Assembly: GCA_024679065.1 (NCBI GenBank)
Contig: JAGIQG010000048.1
Location: 124,001-188,000, forward strand
From: Sphyrna mokarran
Taxonomy: Eukaryota
Direction of reading: 5' to 3'
DNA: 64,000 bases
How positions within the stretch are numbered: the first letter of the stretch is position 1; the number at the start of each line of letters is the position of its first letter. Both the position numbers and the translations under genes were made by a program. Below, one piece after another: positions 59,601 to 64,000 of the stretch. The notes below the pieces were generated by a model. That model ran no database searches and was not told where the DNA came from. It was given only the letters and a program-made list of their open reading frames with translations.

Positions 59601-62600
59601 AGGCCCAAATCCATGTATCTGCACAGCACAGCGATAGTCACTGAGCTGTCGTGTTGCCCATCAAATGGTCCAGGTCAAGCGTACACTAACGACGTGAAGC
59701 ACTAGGATACTCTCGAAAAAAATCCAAGAGCAGCCCTCTCACGACCCATCGCGTGTATGCCCCTTGTTAGACAACAAGGTGAACCAAAGCACCTGTAGGA
59801 TAAAAACAAGTACATCAATATCATCATCTATTTACACACTTCCCAGGGACTCCCAAGGCTCATGATCCCTATTTTAAATCAGTTTTCTATACCCCTCCAT
59901 TCCCATCACTTTAAGAACATTCAAGACATTCAGTAAATTTCGACATCGACTGGCAAAAAAATGTGCAGGTAAATACTGAATAAATGAACTTGAAAGTAAC
60001 AGCAGTTATTTACACAGTGATTAGCACTGGTACCTCACACTGTGACGGACACAGAGTCCATTTCCACCTTGTGTAACTGTGTGCACATTCACCCCATGTG
60101 GGTTTCATCCAGATTTACCGTTTTTCCCCTACAGTCCAAAGATGTCCAGGTTTGTAGGAATGGCAGACCAAACTGCTCCTTAGTGTCCATTTGCAGTGCA
60201 ACGTGGCACACCTTTATTGTGTTCCTCAATCGCTTTTGAACAAGAGGATGTTACACATTGGATTCCAAACTCTGTACAAGATATTGCAGGCAATACGAGA
60301 GCAATTAGATATTCTAGCCAACTGCTAGTAGTTATTAACAACACATTCCTCGAACCCCATTCATCGACACAAATATATTTTGAAGCTAATATCCATTTGT
60401 TCATCTCGCTGGCTCCTTCTTTCTTTTAGCATTTTATAGAAAAACAATTGCTGAGACAGTGTTGGATTTATGATCAGGGCCCAGTATAATACGAAGGAGA
60501 GTCAAATAAGCCAAGCACAATTACATCTGAAGTGGAGCTTAATGTAACAGAAATGACATTTTGAATGAACAGAAGTTCAAAAGTGATGATTTGTAGCATT
60601 TCCCACAGCGTGCCATCATATAATAATAAATAAAACGGCATATTATAAAACCTATTGCAATAATGATTCAAATGAGTAATTAAAGAGGCATAGCCGAATG
60701 CATTGTTGGATATAACTGTTACAAATGTGTGTGTGAGAGAGAGAGAGAGAGAAAGGAGGCAAGAGAGATAGAGGCAGGCACAGAGAAAGAGAGAGGGAGA
60801 GAGATGCACACGAGTACCATTCCACTTAACAATGAATAATCTGCTGAGTGTTTCTGGCATTTTATTTTTCCCAGGTCTCATTTATCCACAGCACCTTGTT
60901 TTTGAACAACGGGATATTTGATCAGGATATTGACCGGATGACCGATAAAGGGACAATTTTACAGTTTGATTTAGACGAAGGAAGTGAGATCAGGAGATTT
61001 AGGGAGGGAATGACAAAGATTAGGGTCCAGGCAGATGAAGATATCCCAAACTGAAAAATCATTTCGAAGAAAACAATTCAAATTGCAGAAAATATATATT
61101 TTAAATTGTATTCAGGAAAAAAAGAAAGGCCTTCTTTCTTGTCCTGTGGCCATTTCATTCCATTTCTCTCTGAAACAGATGAACAATTAATGATTGGATA
61201 GACATTTAGCCTATGAGAGTCCATTTGGCGATATTGCGAGTACACAATTCTGTCTCACACTGTCCATGAACGGTATAAACGAAACAGGAGAAGCGAAACA
61301 ACCTTTGTCGCCAAAATCTGTCGCAAGTTGACACACAGTGCGACACTGTTCAACTAATGAAATGTATCACAACAGATGCTGCTTGAAGGTCTTGCAAGGA
61401 GCACTGCACGATTGTTCAGAGATTGACCTGTCTCCCAGTTAATCGCTGAGAAATTATTATAACGTTCAAGCTACATATTACCCACACCATAACAGAGTAA
61501 CTAGAAGTTTCTCACAGCTACTTATAGAAATTAGCACAAAAAAAATGAAATCTACACTTTCAAACAGGAATGATTGGTGTTCCACAGGCACACCCATATT
61601 ATATCATGATTGATAATATTCGGCAGGCAACATTCTCATCGTTGTATGTTGGATTAACAGCTACAGGTTCTGATCTAATGTAAAGAGAGAAATATTATGT
61701 AATATATAAAGAGATGAGATTCTATGGGATATCATCAAACACATGGCTTACTCTTGAGAGGACTTAATGTAGCATAACTAGAGAGATGGCCCAGTGTAGC
61801 ATAAGGAGAGAAAGGAGCGAATGTAGTGTGAAAAGAGACAAGGTTTGCTGTCATACAATGAAAGCTTGGTCTGGTACAACACAAATAGAAAGATGGTCTT
61901 GTGTAATGCAATCAAGCAGTCTCTACCGTAGGCCTCCCCTTTTGCCAGAGGGTAACAGTTTCTTTCCAACGAGTAAAACATTCCCATTAATAACTTTGAA
62001 AGTCTGTACTAAACCTCCCAATAAACTGCTCCGTTCGAAGGGAACCAGACCAAGCACCCAGCTGTTCTGATAGTGCACCTCATGTATGGTTAACGTCAAG
62101 CTCCATAAAGACCTCTTACCTCGCGTGTTTCTCCATGATGGAACTTTGACGTGGATTCCCATTAGTCAGTGTCATTGTGTCAAAATAATATTGAAGGGTG
62201 GGAGAAGTTCTAGGACATAGAACACTACAGCACAAACAGGCCCTTCGGCCCACAAGTTGTGCCTATCATAGCTATACCTACCAGGTCATAGAACTATCTG
62301 TAACTCCCAATCCCATTAAATCCCATGTACTCATCCAGAAGTCTCTTAAAAGACCCCAGCGAGTTCGCTTCTCCCACCACTGACGGCAGCCGATTCCATT
62401 CACTCACCACCCTCTGATATGTTGGCCTTTATAGCGAGGGGGATCGAATATAAAAGTAGGGAGGTTCTGTTGCAGGTGTATAGGGTACTGGTGAGGCTGC
62501 AGCTGGAGTACTGTGTGCAGTTTTGGTCGCCACATTCGAGGAAGGATATATTGGCCTTGGAGGAGGTGCAGAGAAGGTTTACTCGGCTGATACCGGAGAT

Positions 62601-64000
62601 GAAGAAGGCTGAGAGAGGATCTTATAGAGACGTATAAGATAATGAAGGGGATGGATAGGGTAGAGGCTGAGAGACTCTTCCCGCTTAGCAAAGATAGCAG
62701 GACTAGAGGGCACAGCCTCAAGATTAGGGGGGCAGGGAGCAGTTCAATTTGGAGTTGCGGAGGGGTTTCTTCACGCAAAGGGGGGTGAATCTTTGGAATT
62801 CGCTGCCTGATGAGGTGGTGGAGGCTTCCTCACTGAATATGTTCAAGTCGAGAGTGGATAGTTTTCTGATAGACAAGGGAATTACGGGGAGAAAGCGGGA
62901 AAGTGGAACTGACCCACTTCAGATCAGCCATGATCTTATTGAATGGCGGGGCAGGCTCGAGGGGCTGGATGGCCGACTCCTGCTCCTATTTCTTATGAAG
63001 AGGAATTATGAAGACCTTCGTTTGCAAGAAGATTTGAGATCGGAGTTAGGTAGGTGTACCTGTGGGTGTGCGGGAGAACCCGGAAGAAAGCCTTATAGAC
63101 ACGGGGAGAAGGTGCAGACTCCATAACATGAGGGTGGGACATGTGGCTAGCACTGCTGCCTCCATTCCCAGCTTGGGCCACTGCCTGTCCACAGTTTGTG
63201 TAGGTTTCCTTCCGGTTTCTTCCCACCGTCTGGAAAGATGTGCTGGTTAGGTGCATTGTCCATGCTAAAGTCTCCGTGGGCCATTCATTCTTCAACCCAA
63301 AATCACAAAATTGCTGTTTGTTTATCAAACTTGGGAGGCTGTTGTTCCACGAACACTTCCTGCATTCCCAATATTACAGCAACGCATAAATTCAACAAAA
63401 ATACACCAGAGAGTTTTAAATGCTTTGGCGCGACCTAAGTTCGGGGAAAGCGTAATATAAACGTGGACGGCGCGGTGGCACAGTGAGATGGCATGGTGAC
63501 ACACTGCTATCTTAGAGCTCCAGAGCCCTGGGTTCGATTCCCAGCGTGGGGTCCCCTGTCTGTGCAGAGTTCACACATTCGACACAAGTTGGCAAAGTTT
63601 CCTCCAGATGCTCCGGTTTCCTCCCACAGTGCAAAGATGTAACGGGTTAGGCCGATTGCTAAATTGTCCCATAGTGCCATAGAATGTACAGGTTAGTGAG
63701 ATTGACAGGGTGAATTGGGTTAAAGGGATAGAACCTGGGTGAGATTGTTATCAATACAAACATGACGGATTGCATGGCCTCCTTCTGCAATGTATGGTTT
63801 CTATATTTCCATGAACTAAATGCAAGCTCTTTCCATATGTTGCCAATACACAATACAATATTTGATATGTTGAAAGCTCTGAGATTGTATTCACTCGGCG
63901 GCTGATGCTTTAACTTGTCCAATTTAAGTAGATCAAATCATCAATCGAATTAGACATTCAGTGGAATACCAACCTGTTCAAATATGTTTTATTTATTTTG
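56608..64000 (-). repeat. large inverted duplication, right arm (runs off the window end)
   Basis: Reverse complement of 42598-50507 up to the last base of the window. Confidence 0.95.
59450..59823 (-). mobile_element. mirror copy of the 46828 SINE derivative, tail removed by a deletion
   Basis: Junction AAACATTTT|CTATGGATTAA. Confidence 0.85.

Overview
Eukaryotic, repeat-rich DNA from a cartilaginous fish (elasmobranch; the species cannot be fixed from sequence alone). The core is one complete, unrearranged, apparently functional IgM heavy-chain cluster (minilocus) on the minus strand, ~9.4-28.4 kb: promoter TATA, leader, VH, D1, D2, JH, Cmu1-Cmu4 with secretory tail, TM1 and TM2. RSS spacers follow the shark pattern (V-23, 12-D1-22, 12-D2-12, 23-J) and all splice phases are consistent. 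Upstream lie an old ~5-7 kb tandem duplication (~29.7-42.7 kb) and a very recent large inverted duplication (arms >=7.4-7.9 kb: <=42.6-50.5 kb and 56.6->=64 kb). Its 6.1-kb spacer holds tRNA-Thr(TGT) and tRNA-Glu(TTC) genes. A tRNA-Cys pseudogene lies 3' of the cluster. The rest is CR1/HER1 LINE 3' fragments, HE1/V-SINEs, an unusual B-box-less, 5'-extended V-SINE derivative, Penelope-like remnants with hammerhead cores, minisatellites and N runs. Most ORFs in the track are repeat noise. All coordinates and identities were read by eye; repeat boundaries are approximate.
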